A stretch of DNA of 64,000 nucleotides, taken from Pecten maximus (lineage: Eukaryota). Made by a program: the position numbers and the translations under genes. The notes below the pieces were generated by a model, which did not search any database, was not told where the DNA came from, and saw only the letters and a program-made list of their open reading frames with translations. Position 1 is the stretch's first letter. Each line of letters begins with the position of its first letter. The stretch lies in NCBI RefSeq assembly GCF_902652985.1, contig NC_047027.1, forward strand, positions 33,976,001 through 34,040,000, read 5' to 3'. Below are positions 24,566 to 38,391 of the stretch, one piece after another.

Positions 24566-26689
24566 TCAGAGTCCCTGACAAGAATTGTTTGTTGATTATT
24601 TTGAACATATTTATGTCTTATTATATAATGCTTTATAAAGCTTTGTTGATGTGAAAATGACAATGATTAATTTAAAAACTTGACTTAAGCCTAGGTTTTG
24701 GGGTCTTTGAAGAAGAAGCAAAACCATGTTGTAAGTTTGTTGAATATCAAAACATCCATCTTCTTTGTATACAGTACATTGTATTTAACTTAGTTTTTAA
24801 GGTTAACCGATATTGGTGTTACATTAACATCAATGAAATAAGCAATGATATATTAATATCGATGCATTACGCCTATAACGCCGAAAATCAATAATACTAT
24901 CCTGATATCAAAACACGATTTCATATGTTTTAAAAGATATTCCACACATTTTAGAAGATTTCATGATTTTTTTTGTGAAATCCTATAACCGTTTCTACTT
25001 ATATTCCTATTGAGATCAAACGCCTATAATTGCATATGAACAAAAGTATGACATTTGATTTGTGGTAATTCTGTATAGATCTGGCTAGATCGTTTTAAGA
25101 TCCTGTGAGATTTCCGTTTTTGATCCCCCGATCCGTGATATCAAAGTATACCCTTGATGATTTTTAAAATAACTTAGCTGTGAGTTTGTCCTCATGGACA
25201 TTACACGCTCTCGAAAACTACATCTAAAACCGCTTTCTCTGTCTCAAGATGTAAGTTGTCAAAAATGACTGTTTTACTGTCTGTAAATAGTCAGTCGACA
25301 ATAGGCTGTTTGTCGATATAGATATATTCCAATATGTGACGACATCATTAATATGATAGTCGACTTGGGCCAGTGTGTCGAGAATAGGCATGATCACACT
25401 TGTATAAACACATTTTCCCTTTGTTTAGATACAGGCTGTTGGCCATATTGTTATGTGTTTACTCAGAACAATATTTCATTTAGAAATGTTGTGCGTAGTG
25501 GTAACTTTCCGTATGCACTTGAGTAAACACACAACCCGGCACTTTACTTTTGGCCACGAGATTATTATAATGAGAATGAATGATTAATAGGATTTCGGGA
25601 TATGTTTTCATGAAAATCATTTTTAAATCTAACATTTCGCGATTTCTACCTTCACGCAGCATATATGTAACTTTATATGTTTATTACATTGATGAAATGA
25701 ATAATTTTAATAGACTGATTTATTTTGTGACATAATGTGCTGCGCATAATTGTAGACACAAATAAAAACAATGATACAAGTAAAATAAATCTTGTTTTCT
25801 TATATCTTTTTTTGCGTTTTCAGCCTAACATTCAACTCAGGATTGGAGTTTACTCATTGTTTGGACAATTCAAAGTAAGGATGTCAGTTGTTTATTCTAA
25901 TCTTCATTTTTTTTTTTTATAAATGACAATTCAGAAAATAACAAAAAAAAAATCAAAAATCAAAAATCAAAAATCAAAAACAAAAAACAAAAGCAAAAAA
26001 ACAATAACAATAAACACTAAACAACAATAACAAACTCAAGCATAAGGGATGATGGTAATCTACAGAAACAACGGTGTCTGCAGCATGGTGGTGTATTACT
26101 ACGGATGACAGCGCATGCGCCTGATAATATATGGAATGCTTCAGGTAAACTTTTACCATCTCTGACGATATAAAACAAGTGAAATGGCAGGGAGATATGC
26201 ATCCTGATTCCTGTATCTAATGATAATGTAATGGTGTTTTTAATGATGATCCAATCAATTAAAAGTATCTATTGTCCTTCGATATCCATTTTATGTTGTC
26301 GACAAATGCATTGTTTGTTTGTCAATGACCTGCAAATTGTACATAATATTGGTATAAACACTACTCTTGTACTTACTCATAGCCTACGGGAGACAACTCC
26401 GAATCGTCACGACAAACCATTACGATTTACAGATTCCATGTCGTATATATTTCCTTTTTATCAATATTTATGATATAAATGGTTACCCCACTTTTAAGGA
26501 TGGATAAACACAGTTTATGCAATTATTTGTATTAAGATAACTTCAGAAGAAAACTTAATGCTATTCAAAATTGAAATCCCTTATTTATTAAGTTCGATGG
26601 CATTTCCAAGTAGAATAAACTGTGCTTTTAATGGCTTACATCGTTATTGTATATATACTAGGCTCTCTTCATGGAGGAAGAACCTGAAA

Positions 26690-26960
26690 TAGAAACCTTC
26701 CGGAACTCCTCAACTTCAAAATCAGCTTTTTTATGATGCATTGTTTTCAAATGTCACAGAACCTATTGACCGTGAAGAGCAGATATTACCCGGATAACTT
26801 CAAATCATAGACACTACATACTTTCTAAAATTAACCGCTTATATAGATATTTACACCATGGCGTAGCCAATAGGTATGACCTTATATACAGAGGTGCAGG
26901 CAGATTTATGTTTCTTTACTGTTTGTCAATTTTCCATTTTTAGATGGTAACATGCCGAAT
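26690..26960 (+). mobile_element. Decayed Penelope-like reverse-transcriptase fragment
   Basis: Translates with a stop and indels as QILPG*LQIIDTT...TAYIDIY...VNFPFLDGNMP. This resembles the C-terminal RT motifs IYPxELxIKDTT / SYLDL / VNFPFLxxNIP of Penelope-like elements as I recall them. Confidence 0.6.
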
Positions 26961-27056
26961 TTCCGATCTAAGTGGTACTTTTATGACACAGTAGATTCGA
27001 TATCCATTGACGTGTCCCCAAATTGAATCGACTACTGGCACAATCTCATTAAAATC

Positions 27057-27538
27057 TAGATGGTCATTTTCACTTCCCTACATGAACATCTAACGACATC
27101 GCATAAGGGGTCCATTCTGGTGACCTTTGTCATCTCAATATTTCCCTTTCAGGGCGAATTGTCAATTTGAACTCATCCATTCTTCACAACATGCATCTAG
27201 GGTAACCATTAATAAAAATAGGCTTTGTTTATTCTTGATTACATATTGAGTCAACGACTCGTCTTACATGTGGTCAAGTAAAATGTACATTATTTACAAC
27301 CTTTTCGGTACAGCATGTATATATAGTAGCCATATGTTTCGTTGGACGAAAAGACTTGAAACAAATTTACAGATTATGCAAGCTATGCTATCTAGTCATA
27401 CTATTTTGCACATAAGAAATTCACTTCCAAGATTCTGTAAGTAGTAATTTGATTGGTTAATCCATAATGTCACCCCGACGTGACCACTTATGCGATGTCG
27501 TTAGAGTCCATGTAACGTTGTGAGAATGACCATCTATA
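27057..27538. mobile_element. MITE-like element with ~55-bp terminal inverted repeats
   Basis: agatggtcattttcac...tacatg..tctaacgacatcgcataag (~27059-27115) is the reverse complement of cttatgcgatgtcgttaga..catgta...gtgagaatgaccatct (~27481-27536). Confidence 0.7.
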
Positions 27539-28909
27539 TTTTGATAAGGTTTATTTTAACACTTTATGGTTTCGAGAGCTGTAGATTGATGCGTGGAGAG
27601 ATCTACTATTTGGATGTTATATCTTGTTTCTGTGGTACAATCTGCATATTTTTAGAAATGTTCAATACTAATTGAAACACGGCTTCGTCCTCATCACCCC
27701 AGTTTCATTTCATTGCATTGCCTGGATTTAGCATAATAAGCTTGCATTGGCGAAATATAATATGATCCCCGATGATACAGAAGTTACATGCGATTTTAGA
27801 AAGCCCTGTTTGGTTTTGAACTATCATGACGTTTTTTTTTTTATTCTCTTGTCAATTTCATCATTGGGGATTTATGTATGTACCGTGCAGAGATTTAAAG
27901 GCGAAATAAGACATTCTTATTGAAAATTAATATGTTTGACTAATAAATGGTACCAGTCTTTTTGTTGAATAATTTTTTATAGTGATTTTCAAATCTGAAT
28001 TCTGAATGTTTATATTATATTAAGTCTAAGACAACAACACCAACGCTTGTGTATATTGCGGCGTGAAGTAGATGATTTGATACACCTTTAACACAGAGTG
28101 TATCCCTACATTTGCCTCGGTAAACAAATGAAAAATTACTTCCGTACGCAAGTTACAAGTCTATATTACCATAAACATAAAAATGCTATTACGTGTACGT
28201 AGTTGACCTTTCTCTTCAACTCAACGCGTCAACTTAATGTAAATGACAACATACCTGAAGCAATAACACAAGGTGTCGTACATAGGGCAATGTAGACATT
28301 ACAAACAGGACAGTAACGTAAGAAAAACTAAATATACAATGTAATATATTCGTCATCTTAAAGTCAGTTTGGTCCTGATCAATCATTGAGAAAATCAAGT
28401 ATCTTGTACACATTAAATGTTGTATTGTCGGATCGGAATGTTTACTTCGAGTTAAACGGGATTCCCGATTATCAGAGTTCGGGAAAACAACGCTTGCGTT
28501 TGTATTGATGCAAAATTTAGTTTGACCATATAATCCATTTTACACATTCAAATTTGTCCTAAAGATCAGCTCCGTGTAGCACAATGCTAAAACAAAGAAT
28601 ATATGTTTCTGTTTACAACAAAACACATTCAAAGTACATATGTATTGACACAAAGAGACGAATATAAAGGCTTTATAGATATAAATTTAGTAAAAATTAA
28701 AGCAGCAAATGTCGAATAATTAATCTAACATATGCTTTATGATTGTACATGGACCTCTCGATGAAGATCCTCTGTCCTTTCAGGTCACCCTGGTTATTTT
28801 AGTGTTCTGTAGGGACAGGGTTTAATTACGAACTGTTTTTGACCTATAAAAGCCAGACGTGTTTGAATTTGTTAGGGTAAATCAATATGAGAACTTTAAA
28901 TTATTTAAG

Positions 28910-29160
28910 AATACCACGTATAAACACATATAAAACACGTATAAAACACTAAATACATATTAAACACTAATTATGTATAAAAGACGTATAAAGCAAGTAT
29001 AAAACACATACCAAAACACACAAAAATACGTTCAAAACTCGTTTATGTAAACAAGTATAAAACATGAAAAGAACACATAAAAACACGTACAAAACAGCTA
29101 TAACACACCTATACACTACATTTAAAAACTCGCATAAACCTCGTACAAAAACACGTTTGA
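28910..29160. repeat. Degenerate ~11-bp minisatellite (aaaacacgtat-like)
   Basis: Recurrent taaaacac(g/a)ta motifs. Confidence 0.6.
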
Positions 29161-30794
29161 AATTAAATGTTCTGGTAGAAAATACAAGAAAATAAAAACG
29201 ATGTTTGCAAATCTTAAAAAAGTGCCTCGCTGATTCACCAGGTTTTATATTATTGTCAGTGTTCCACGGATATTCGCGTGGAAATATATTTTAGTCATAG
29301 TTTGCTTTAATGTGACACGATATTAGAAACAATAATTTGTATAAGCGGCGACTTGTACTAAAGTGCACCAAGCCGATAACCTGTCTTAAATGAGTAGCTG
29401 ATAATATACATATTTAAATATATAATTATTTGTACATTTTCTATTTATAGAAACAGGATTAATATAATGAGATCGATGAAAAAAGGAATTCTTACCTATT
29501 GCGTTTGTTGTTTTCTAATTAAAAAATCTTAATTATTTAAGAACATCACGATGCATTGAATACAACGTAAAAATGATAAGGAAATGGTCACGTTATAAAA
29601 TAGTCTGTCACAGATCTCCAGCACAACACGCTAATTAATGAGAATAGAACGCATATAAACAGCTAATTTAAATTCGTACTATACAATGCATGCTACTGAC
29701 GTACTCTGAACTTTTTTAAGACACAACTTTCTTTTGTTAATAATGACGTAGTACGAGGACTCTCACCAGGATGTTATCAATAATTAATGCCCATGGACTA
29801 GAGAAATAAAAAAAAGTTGGTTAAATGATTAAGCATGTACGATTTTGTTTGTGTTTACGATTACAATAGTCTTTTCTTGTTTTAAACCGACCAAAATTAC
29901 AATTTGCTGGAGACAAAATGTTTACTTCAAATTTAATAAATTATTCATTGGGTGTGCTCGATTTAGTCAAAATAAATGCGACTTAGTGTTAATCTAATTA
30001 ATTTTAACGGTATGTACTTTGTTTGCATACGTTTTACATTTAGAAATTTGATTGATAGCAAAGTATTTGAATTAGACAAGAAGCAAGGCCGTACAAGTCT
30101 TCCCAGGGGACGAATGGGCCATAAAAATATAGGTACAGTCCTGTGCCAGACATCCAATGGTAGTACCTCCTCTATTCACACCTATATTATGATAATATTG
30201 TATAACTGTGATGTAGCGATGACAATTGCTTCCTATAACGATATCTCTGACGTGAATCCATCCTTTATCATCAAGTAAAAGTGACTAAAAATCATTACTG
30301 ATACTTAATTAATGTCCTTGCTTTCAGGGAAAAATATTAATCATACATAAAAGGTCTAGAATATGTTTTAATTGTTTCAAAGTATATTTTACTCTCACAA
30401 TTGAATTTTGCTTACGAACCAATTTGACCAAAACCAGGCAAGCAACAATAAGTAGGTTATACAATTTAGCTCAGGTCCCTGAGACCTTTTGAATGTTTTG
30501 AACATACCTCATGTGTTGTATTAAAGGTTGCTTCAAATAGCCAACGAATCTTGTCAAAATAGTTCGAGAGCAAAATTCCATTGTTTCTGTAAGAAGATAT
30601 CGAAAACATTCCTTTTGGCGTTTCGTCTTTAGATTTGATATGTAACTTTTGGTGAAGTCTGGTTTAGGACGCTGTTACTATATTTCGAATTTGTGGGGTT
30701 TTATATATTCTATTTATATACTTTCCTGCTAGTTAATGTTGATCTTTTTAGTTAGAAGTAGTCTAAAGCATCGTCTGTAACGCACAGAGGCCGA

Positions 30795-30980
30795 TGCCAC
30801 TTGATCACTAGTCCTCCCCCTCTTGGTCGCGAGTTTGAAACCCATGAGAGGCAATTGCCAGGTACTGACCGTTGACAGATGGCTTTTCTCCGGTTGCTCT
30901 AGCTTTTCTCCACTTGGAAAACCTGGTATGTTCTTTAATGACCCTGGCCATTAATAGGACGTTTATCAAAATAAACCTAA
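30795..30980 (+). mobile_element. Diverged, 5'-eroded copy of the SINE at 22283
   Basis: atcactagtcctccccctcttggtcgcgagtttgaaaccc...ttgccaggtactgaccgt...ttttctccgg...aatgaccctggccattaataggacgt aligns to 22325-22485. Confidence 0.85.
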
Positions 30981-33139
30981 ATCTGTATTGCACATGGCAC
31001 TTATAAATTCTAAATGTATGCTGCCCACATATACAACTACGCTAATGCCACACCTTTGTTTTCCTAATTAATTATACAATAAAGATGTAGAAAAGACAAT
31101 ACATACACTATGTACTTAATATTGAATGGATTATTCCTTTGATCAATACATATGAGGCGCTTGGTCAATGCCTTCATTAACAGATGTGACAACGTACGAC
31201 AAAGCGATGACAGTTCAGATTGCTTTATGACACGTGTTTGACAGATATTTGTTTCGTTTACAAATAATTCCTTTTGTTTTCGAATATTGACGTCATATAC
31301 TAATGTATAATAGCTTAACAATTAAAATTTACATGTATCCTTATCGGTAATGAATATATGATAGGCGGGACACTTGGTGATGCATGTAGTAATATGAAAA
31401 TATAACGTCACTTCGCCGAACGTATGCTATACTATTGCGAATATGACACACTTATAAATTTCTTAATTGTGATATAGACCTAAAAAAGAGTACATATATA
31501 TATGTTGATATGGCCTCACTGAATGAACACTTAATATCCTATTTATGCTCCAAAGCCATTTACCTGTAACCCGATTCCTTTTCATGGCGATCGTTTGTCG
31601 CCTTATTTACATTCGCAAAATGAATTTTTTTCTCCGTTTCGCTTTGAAACATTCACAGCTGGTCATTATATTCGTGACAAATCCGTTTTGCAATTTTCCT
31701 GACATGCAAACACAGAGAAAATCAACCACCTATCTAAATTGATCGCATGATGTTACTTGAACTGAACATTAATCACAGAGAACGTGCTATTTACGCTCCT
31801 TAATGTGCTTTGTCATTGAACTGTTTCAGAAGATATCACATCCTCATTTTTTTCGTGCTGGATTTGATGTTTAGCTTTTGTTATACTCTTTTTGCATTTT
31901 AAGTGATACATTATGCGATATCGCTGTTAAGATCATTCCTACATGTATTCAGCAATCACATTTTACATTTTACATGATCAAATTATATTTATACTTGCCA
32001 ATCTTTGCTACTATTTAACGATACCAAACTATTCTTGCATCGACACATTGACCTTTGAACTTGCGTATGTAAACATTATAGTACAGGAACTACTTTCCCC
32101 TGACATATGGCTTTGTTTTTAAACAATTTATACCGCGACCCAGTTAGAATATATTCCGAGAAGAATTGCTCCATAAAAGCATGGGCAACCTAAAAATGAC
32201 ACCCAATCCCTATATATTGACAAGATTTCTTAGTCAGTTAGAGCAAAAGATAAAGCCGTAACGCGTATGAACATTATCTTCGTCAAGTTATAAAAATAGA
32301 ATAAACAATGAAAGATATATTACTTAATAAGCATGTTTGTAGTTATAGAGCAATGACCCCTACATCTTCAATCCAAGGTTGATGATCTGTCTTTTTAGAT
32401 ACAGATGTCAAATGACATACGTTAGAGGATTTATATATATACATATATATAAGGCTACTACGTCATTAGCTTAATTAACATTCATGACGTCATATCAAGC
32501 TCTATTTTCTTTCTTCCTGTTACATTCCGGTTTGTGTGTTTGTTTGTGCCTTACCTTTTTATTTTTTTTATTTTTGTAGTGAACATGGTGTATTGTATCA
32601 ATGTATTATAATGTATGAGTCTGGCTTTACATACATGCCAACTTATTATTCATGGCGCTGCAGGTGAGCTTATAGATGTTATGTAATCACTGATTGGTCA
32701 GCTATATATAGGGCTAGTACCGCTTCCCCTCCCTCATTCCTCAGTTACCTGATCGCATTCGAAGCCCTCAATTTTGTTAGTTTTCAAAACAATTCCACCT
32801 CTTATTGGTTGTTTTGGGGTTTACATTATTTCATTTATTATTAATTAATTGATTAATTGATATGAGCGGTAAAATAAAATTTTCTGACGGGCTGTTTTGG
32901 CACCAACACCTGCCACTGATTTGTACTTCTGTGTTGCTTCTATGGTTTATAAAATATGATTACAAATTACAATATGTTGGCTTTTTTAATTATTATTATG
33001 TTTTTGACTCACGAGGATGACTCTAGTTATATAATACCTTAATACGCAATCTCAGAGTCCTAATATACGCTTTCAGTGGGAGTTTTCACCCCTTGTTGGG
33101 GCAGGTAGGACTGGTGTCGGTAGGCAATATGCTGTCTTA

Positions 33140-33332
33140 TTCTGGTCATGATGTCGACAGATTTCTTATGTGTGCCTGGAAACTAACTCGAAAAATGCGT
33201 ATTAATCTGGATGGCATAAGACGGGCCTCCCGTATGTTTTCCAGTGAGGTAGTAACCAACTACTACAATGAGGTCCCGCCCAAAAATGACACTGGCTTTT
33301 CACGAGGCGATACACCAATGGCCGACAAATAA
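33140..33332 (+). mobile_element. Diverged copy of CORE-type SINE (related to 39590-39760)
   Basis: cgtatgttttccagtgaggtagtaaccaactactacaatgaggtcccgcccaaaaatgacactggcttttcacgaggcgatac aligns to the reverse complement of ~39600-39700. Confidence 0.55.
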
Positions 33333-34069
33333 GGAAGCGTTTCGTACGATTTCGTTCCATTACCTAAGCTTTTGTTGGGTTCCAAATTATATCGTTCATT
33401 TCAGTTTCTGGTCAAGTTTGAGAGTAAGGTCCACTCTGTTACTATCGGTAAAATTGCAACCTGTGCAATTCCGTTTACAGAGAGTTTTCGTTTCGTTTTA
33501 ATTTCATTTTGATTCTATTTCGCTACCGTTTACAATACGTTTTCATTCCATTCCGTTTTTTTTAGGTAAACCGCTGTATTAGTACGTTAAAGATACATAT
33601 ACAGCTAAATTGACTTCTATATTAATTAATACAGAGTGCCTGACACGGTCCGCCAAGGATAGCCCTACTTTGAAGGACACGGTATACACAAGTTAAGCAG
33701 AGCACTATAAGACGTAGAAACATTGGTGTATTAACTGTGAACTCTTCCCTGACATGATGATTCTCGTGTTACATTGTCCAGTCTTGCACCTTTGACGACA
33801 TCTGAGGTAACACACAGTGTGGAGAATGTATCACATGGAGGTCAAGCTATTTATTCCAAACTTTCGTGAGATAAATGCTACTGACTAAATCACAGGTGTC
33901 CGAATGGTAAACAGTAACACCACTGATATCTATTATCTGTATTATTCAAAGGCCTTAGATAGATGTACGAGTATTTTAGCCCGCAACATGAAGAGACACC
34001 CCTCTAGGCTCTATAATTCCAAGCTTGACCGGAAAGAGGAAATCAGATGTCTTATTTGAATTATCATTT

Positions 34070-34450
34070 GAAAAAGTAAACCGACTTACAAGCATGCATG
34101 CTATTATGATGATAATACGCGTCTTGTTAAGAAAATAAAACGACTTACACGCATGTTGTTAAGAAAATAAAACGACTAACACGCATGTTGTTAAGAAAAT
34201 AAAACGACTTACACGCATGTTGTTAAGAAAATAAAATTACTAACATGCATGCTATTAAGAAAATAAAACGACTTGCACGCATGTTGATGACATTATGACA
34301 ATACAACGACTTGCACGCATGCTATTATGACAATACAAGGACTTGCATGCATGTTGTTATGAAAATAAACCGACTTACTCGCATGCTTTTAAGAAAATAA
34401 CACGGTTTACGCACATAATACTAAGGAAAAAACACATCTTACGCGAATGA
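34070..34450. repeat. 32-bp minisatellite, ~11 diverging copies
   Basis: Unit tgttaagaaaataaaacgacttacacgcatgt (copies at 34125, 34157, 34189...). Confidence 0.9.
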
Positions 34451-37034
34451 TGTTATAAAAAACACGATTTTGTAGCCTTGCCAAGGTTTTCTGTTTAATA
34501 TGATATTGTCAATAAAGGCATGATTGATATCACATGCCGAAGTTTACTTTATTCTCGGTCGTTAAGCGACAAATAATATTTTTTTACGGGGTGACAGTAA
34601 TAGTTGTCCAGGACAGTGTACTATCAAGGACGGCCATTTAGTACACAATAACGGTCATGTGATACACATCTCGCCCTCGCGTGAGGATATGTGAAACTGA
34701 GTCAGCATATTTATATAATGGTTTACAATATTATAAGGTGGTAGTTTTACTTGACCAAACCTGTATTCAATATTCTGTAATGTATTGTTAGGATTATATA
34801 AACGAAAGCACCAATTAGTAACATCATTTAAGTTAATTTTGTACATGATGTAGCTGAACAATAATATTGATTCATTTAGGTATAATTTTTACCCTTGCTT
34901 GTAACAAGCATTTTGATTGGCTAAAAATATGTAATCAGACCATAACGTAGAAATTACGTCACTGTTTGTCATGTCGTTTTTAACTGGCTGATACAGATGC
35001 GTCATACAAATATCGTCAATAAAGGTGTAATTCTACATTGATTGTGTATAACATATGCAATCATAAAGATTAGTTGAATATGTGTTTATGGTATGGAGCT
35101 ATTACACAAAAAAGAAGTGTTCCTTCTTTACTAACTGCATCGCGGTTAATTTAGAGTAAAATTCTTCTTACTTTTATTTGTATTATACCTCCATAACATA
35201 AACAAATGTAAAAACACCTTTTGTAAATAACGCTTTACCAACTATATACAAAAGTTACTGAACCTTATTTTTCGATATAATCTGTAAGTCATTCACAATT
35301 TGAGGTGGTTTCGGGTACATGCATTAACACACTTGCTTGAATTCCAGCGTCAACACACAACATAATATTAAGAAACATGTCCTCTAATAAGGCATAAAAA
35401 TGAATATATTTAATAAACTATTTATATAGTATAACAATTCTTAAATATTTTTTCTTTTCAAAGTTACATCTCTTATTAAGCTCAATATTTAAATGTTTCA
35501 TACAAATGTTATGATTATATTCAGATTCGAAATTTGAAGTTCATATTGTACTGTATTATAACTTAATATACATATTGTTGCCTTGAGGAGAGAACTAATA
35601 TATACCTGTTGTTAAATCATTTTTTCTTAATCAAATAGAATGTGCTGAGATTGAAATATAAGATTGAACATGAAAACAACGACAATGTTGCCGTCTTGCA
35701 AATTAAGGTTAATGTTGTGTTCTATCCCTTGTCTCAGTATATTATATGAAATGCACACTGTTGTACATTGTTCCAACTTGAACATTCCGATGACGTCATG
35801 TTAACATATTCCCCGTTGTGTCTGCACCGTTGTTTTATTTTTGTTTGTGTTTCAGTGTGTTGTTTTCCATTCGTTTCGGTATGTTTTAATTCAGGAAATA
35901 ATGCTATACATCATCAGGCATTATAAAGTAGACTTTGTCAGTGCATTCGTAATAGTTTATTCTTAAATCCTTAACCAAATGTTTAATGATTTATGTCTTT
36001 AACTATTGCAACAACACATCCATTTAAAGCGTTTAACGATTCAAAATTGATGGTTATATCTTGCACAGTTTTGTCATCTCCTTGAGTAACATTGAGTCGA
36101 AGCTGCACTTTGACACCAAGACCTCCATCATTGGCCTGCTACTGCCCTGTCCACTGGAATACAAATTATCATGTTATAAACAAGTATACGTGCCTCGACT
36201 CGAATTAGCGACCCTTCGAACAATCACCAGGCCAAAATCATGCTACTAGACAAGTTAACTGATATAGCTTGTTCGTACAAACTTATTGGTTTGATCAGCT
36301 AATGGCATAAAGGACATACTCGTCGTTTCATATAAGATTCGAATACTTCAGCTCCGTTGTGTTATAGCTTGTTATACCGAATTAACGCAGTGATTGCTGT
36401 TTTCATTTTATACGGGGTGTGTAGATTAACTAAACTCAAACTTATATTTACTATTTACTTTCGTTTTCCCAGCAGCTTCCAAAAGTACCAGTACATTGTG
36501 AAAGTCAACAGAATCTTTTGGTCTGTTTTATCGCAGTGCTGTCGTGAACTGGTACAAATGTAAAACATGTGGTAGGACTTTTAATCTAAGTGTCCGTATA
36601 TGTTTCTGGCCTTTAAACACAAGCAACAAACAAATCTCTTTCTAAAACAGTCTCAGATGTTATTTATCTGTCACGAAGTTAGTCCAGTTTGTACATGAAA
36701 TACGAGATTTGTCAAAAATTGTGCGGAATGAATTGCATTTAGAAAATTAATTGGCTTGATAAAACCTCCGGGAACGTTTTTTTTTCTTAAACGCTAGAGG
36801 GTTTCCGTTTAAAATTTGGAGAAAAAAATGTCTTGCTTTATAGGTGTCATATGTTTTCAGTCAACAAATCCCACAATGCACTTTCCCATCCAAAAACAGT
36901 TTAAAATAATTATTTACCATAACCCTATATAATAACAAAATTGAATGTATTTGCAAAATGATTTATTTATCAAAGAAAATCAGAGATCCATTATAATCAA
37001 TTGTCTTTTCTGTCTTTTGTTTTTTTCTTTGAAA

Positions 37035-37425
37035 TGTCTTTTATATTAATTGTCTTTTTTATTAATTGACTTTTCTATTAATTGTCATTTCTATTAATTG
37101 TCTTTTCTATTAATTGTCTTTTCTATTAATTGTCTTTTCTATTCATTGTCTTTTCTATTTATTGTCTTTTCTATTAACTGTCTTTTCTATTAATTGTCTT
37201 TTCTATTCATTGTCTTTTCTATTAATTGTCATTTCTATTAATTGTCTTTTCTATTAATTGTCTTTTCTGTGAATTGTCTTTTCTATTCATTGTCTTTTAT
37301 ATTAATTGTCTTTTCTATTAATTGTCTTTTCTATTCATTGTCTTTTCTGTGAATTGTCTTTTCTATTCATTGTCTTTTCTATTCATTGTCTTTTATATTC
37401 CTTGTTTTTTCTATTAATTGTCTTT
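37035..37425. repeat. 16-bp minisatellite, ~24 copies
   Basis: Unit attgtcttttctatta (37081, 37097, ...). Confidence 0.93.
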
Positions 37426-38391
37426 CTGTTCACTGTCGAACCATCTTATATCAAATGAAGATCAAAGAATGTATTCTTAAATAGATGTATAAATCACAGG
37501 TCATATATATGTAGATATATACCCGTTTTTAGCCACTTCAATATAGCATAATGCTGCATGCAACCCTCACACTGTTATTAAGATAGAATGGTGACGGGTT
37601 GGCATCTCACTCGTGGGTTATCATCGGGTAGTCCGGTGTCCTACCACAGTAAGACATCTCCGGGATTCCACCAGTGTCAACAATAGTGATGAGAACTATA
37701 ATATATTTCACAATTGTTGTTATACAGACTATATGTTCATTTATTTGTATATCACATTGACGCCAAGGAATGAAATAATGAGAAAGATTGACCGAAACTC
37801 ACATGAGTGGTAACTGTATTTAATGAAACAAAACAAAAAACAAAAAATACAAAAAACAAAAAAATCATAAACAAAAAAAACCCCGCGAAATTGCGTTTCT
37901 TTATCGTTCAAGACTAGTTGTTAATATATATAGCTTAAATGTTTAATCAAATGTACGAAAGACTAACAATAGCAATGTAATATAAATCGTATGGAGTACT
38001 GTCCTACGATTGGTGTACAAACCCATCTCTTCTTACCTCCAATGACTTCCCGTTAATTTCAAAGGCAATACTATACCAACCAATATATCATAAAATGTTT
38101 CGCTTCTAATCAACCTGTCAAGTATCCAGCTAAGTTGTTGATAGATGTAAACATCCCCAGATCTCTTTATTGATGTAATCTACACTTTCTTCACATGTGT
38201 ATTTGGCTAATGGGCAATATCTATCTTACACATGCTACAATGGATGTTACTGCATAGGTGACAAAGACGACATGCTATATCCGTGGTATATATTGCACAG
38301 TGTGTAGTATACGATCACGTTTCGTCCAGCCCTGCTTTCACACTCTTCGACTGTCCGTCCACGGCCACGCACTGACCCTCCGCTCTCAGCC

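Noticed and set aside
32615-32663. A fourth 49-nt ATG...G|GTGAG exon (MSLALHTCQLIIHGAA)
   Set aside because: Same length as the cluster signal exons, but weakly hydrophobic, and I found no matching downstream exon with the Cys module; likely chance.
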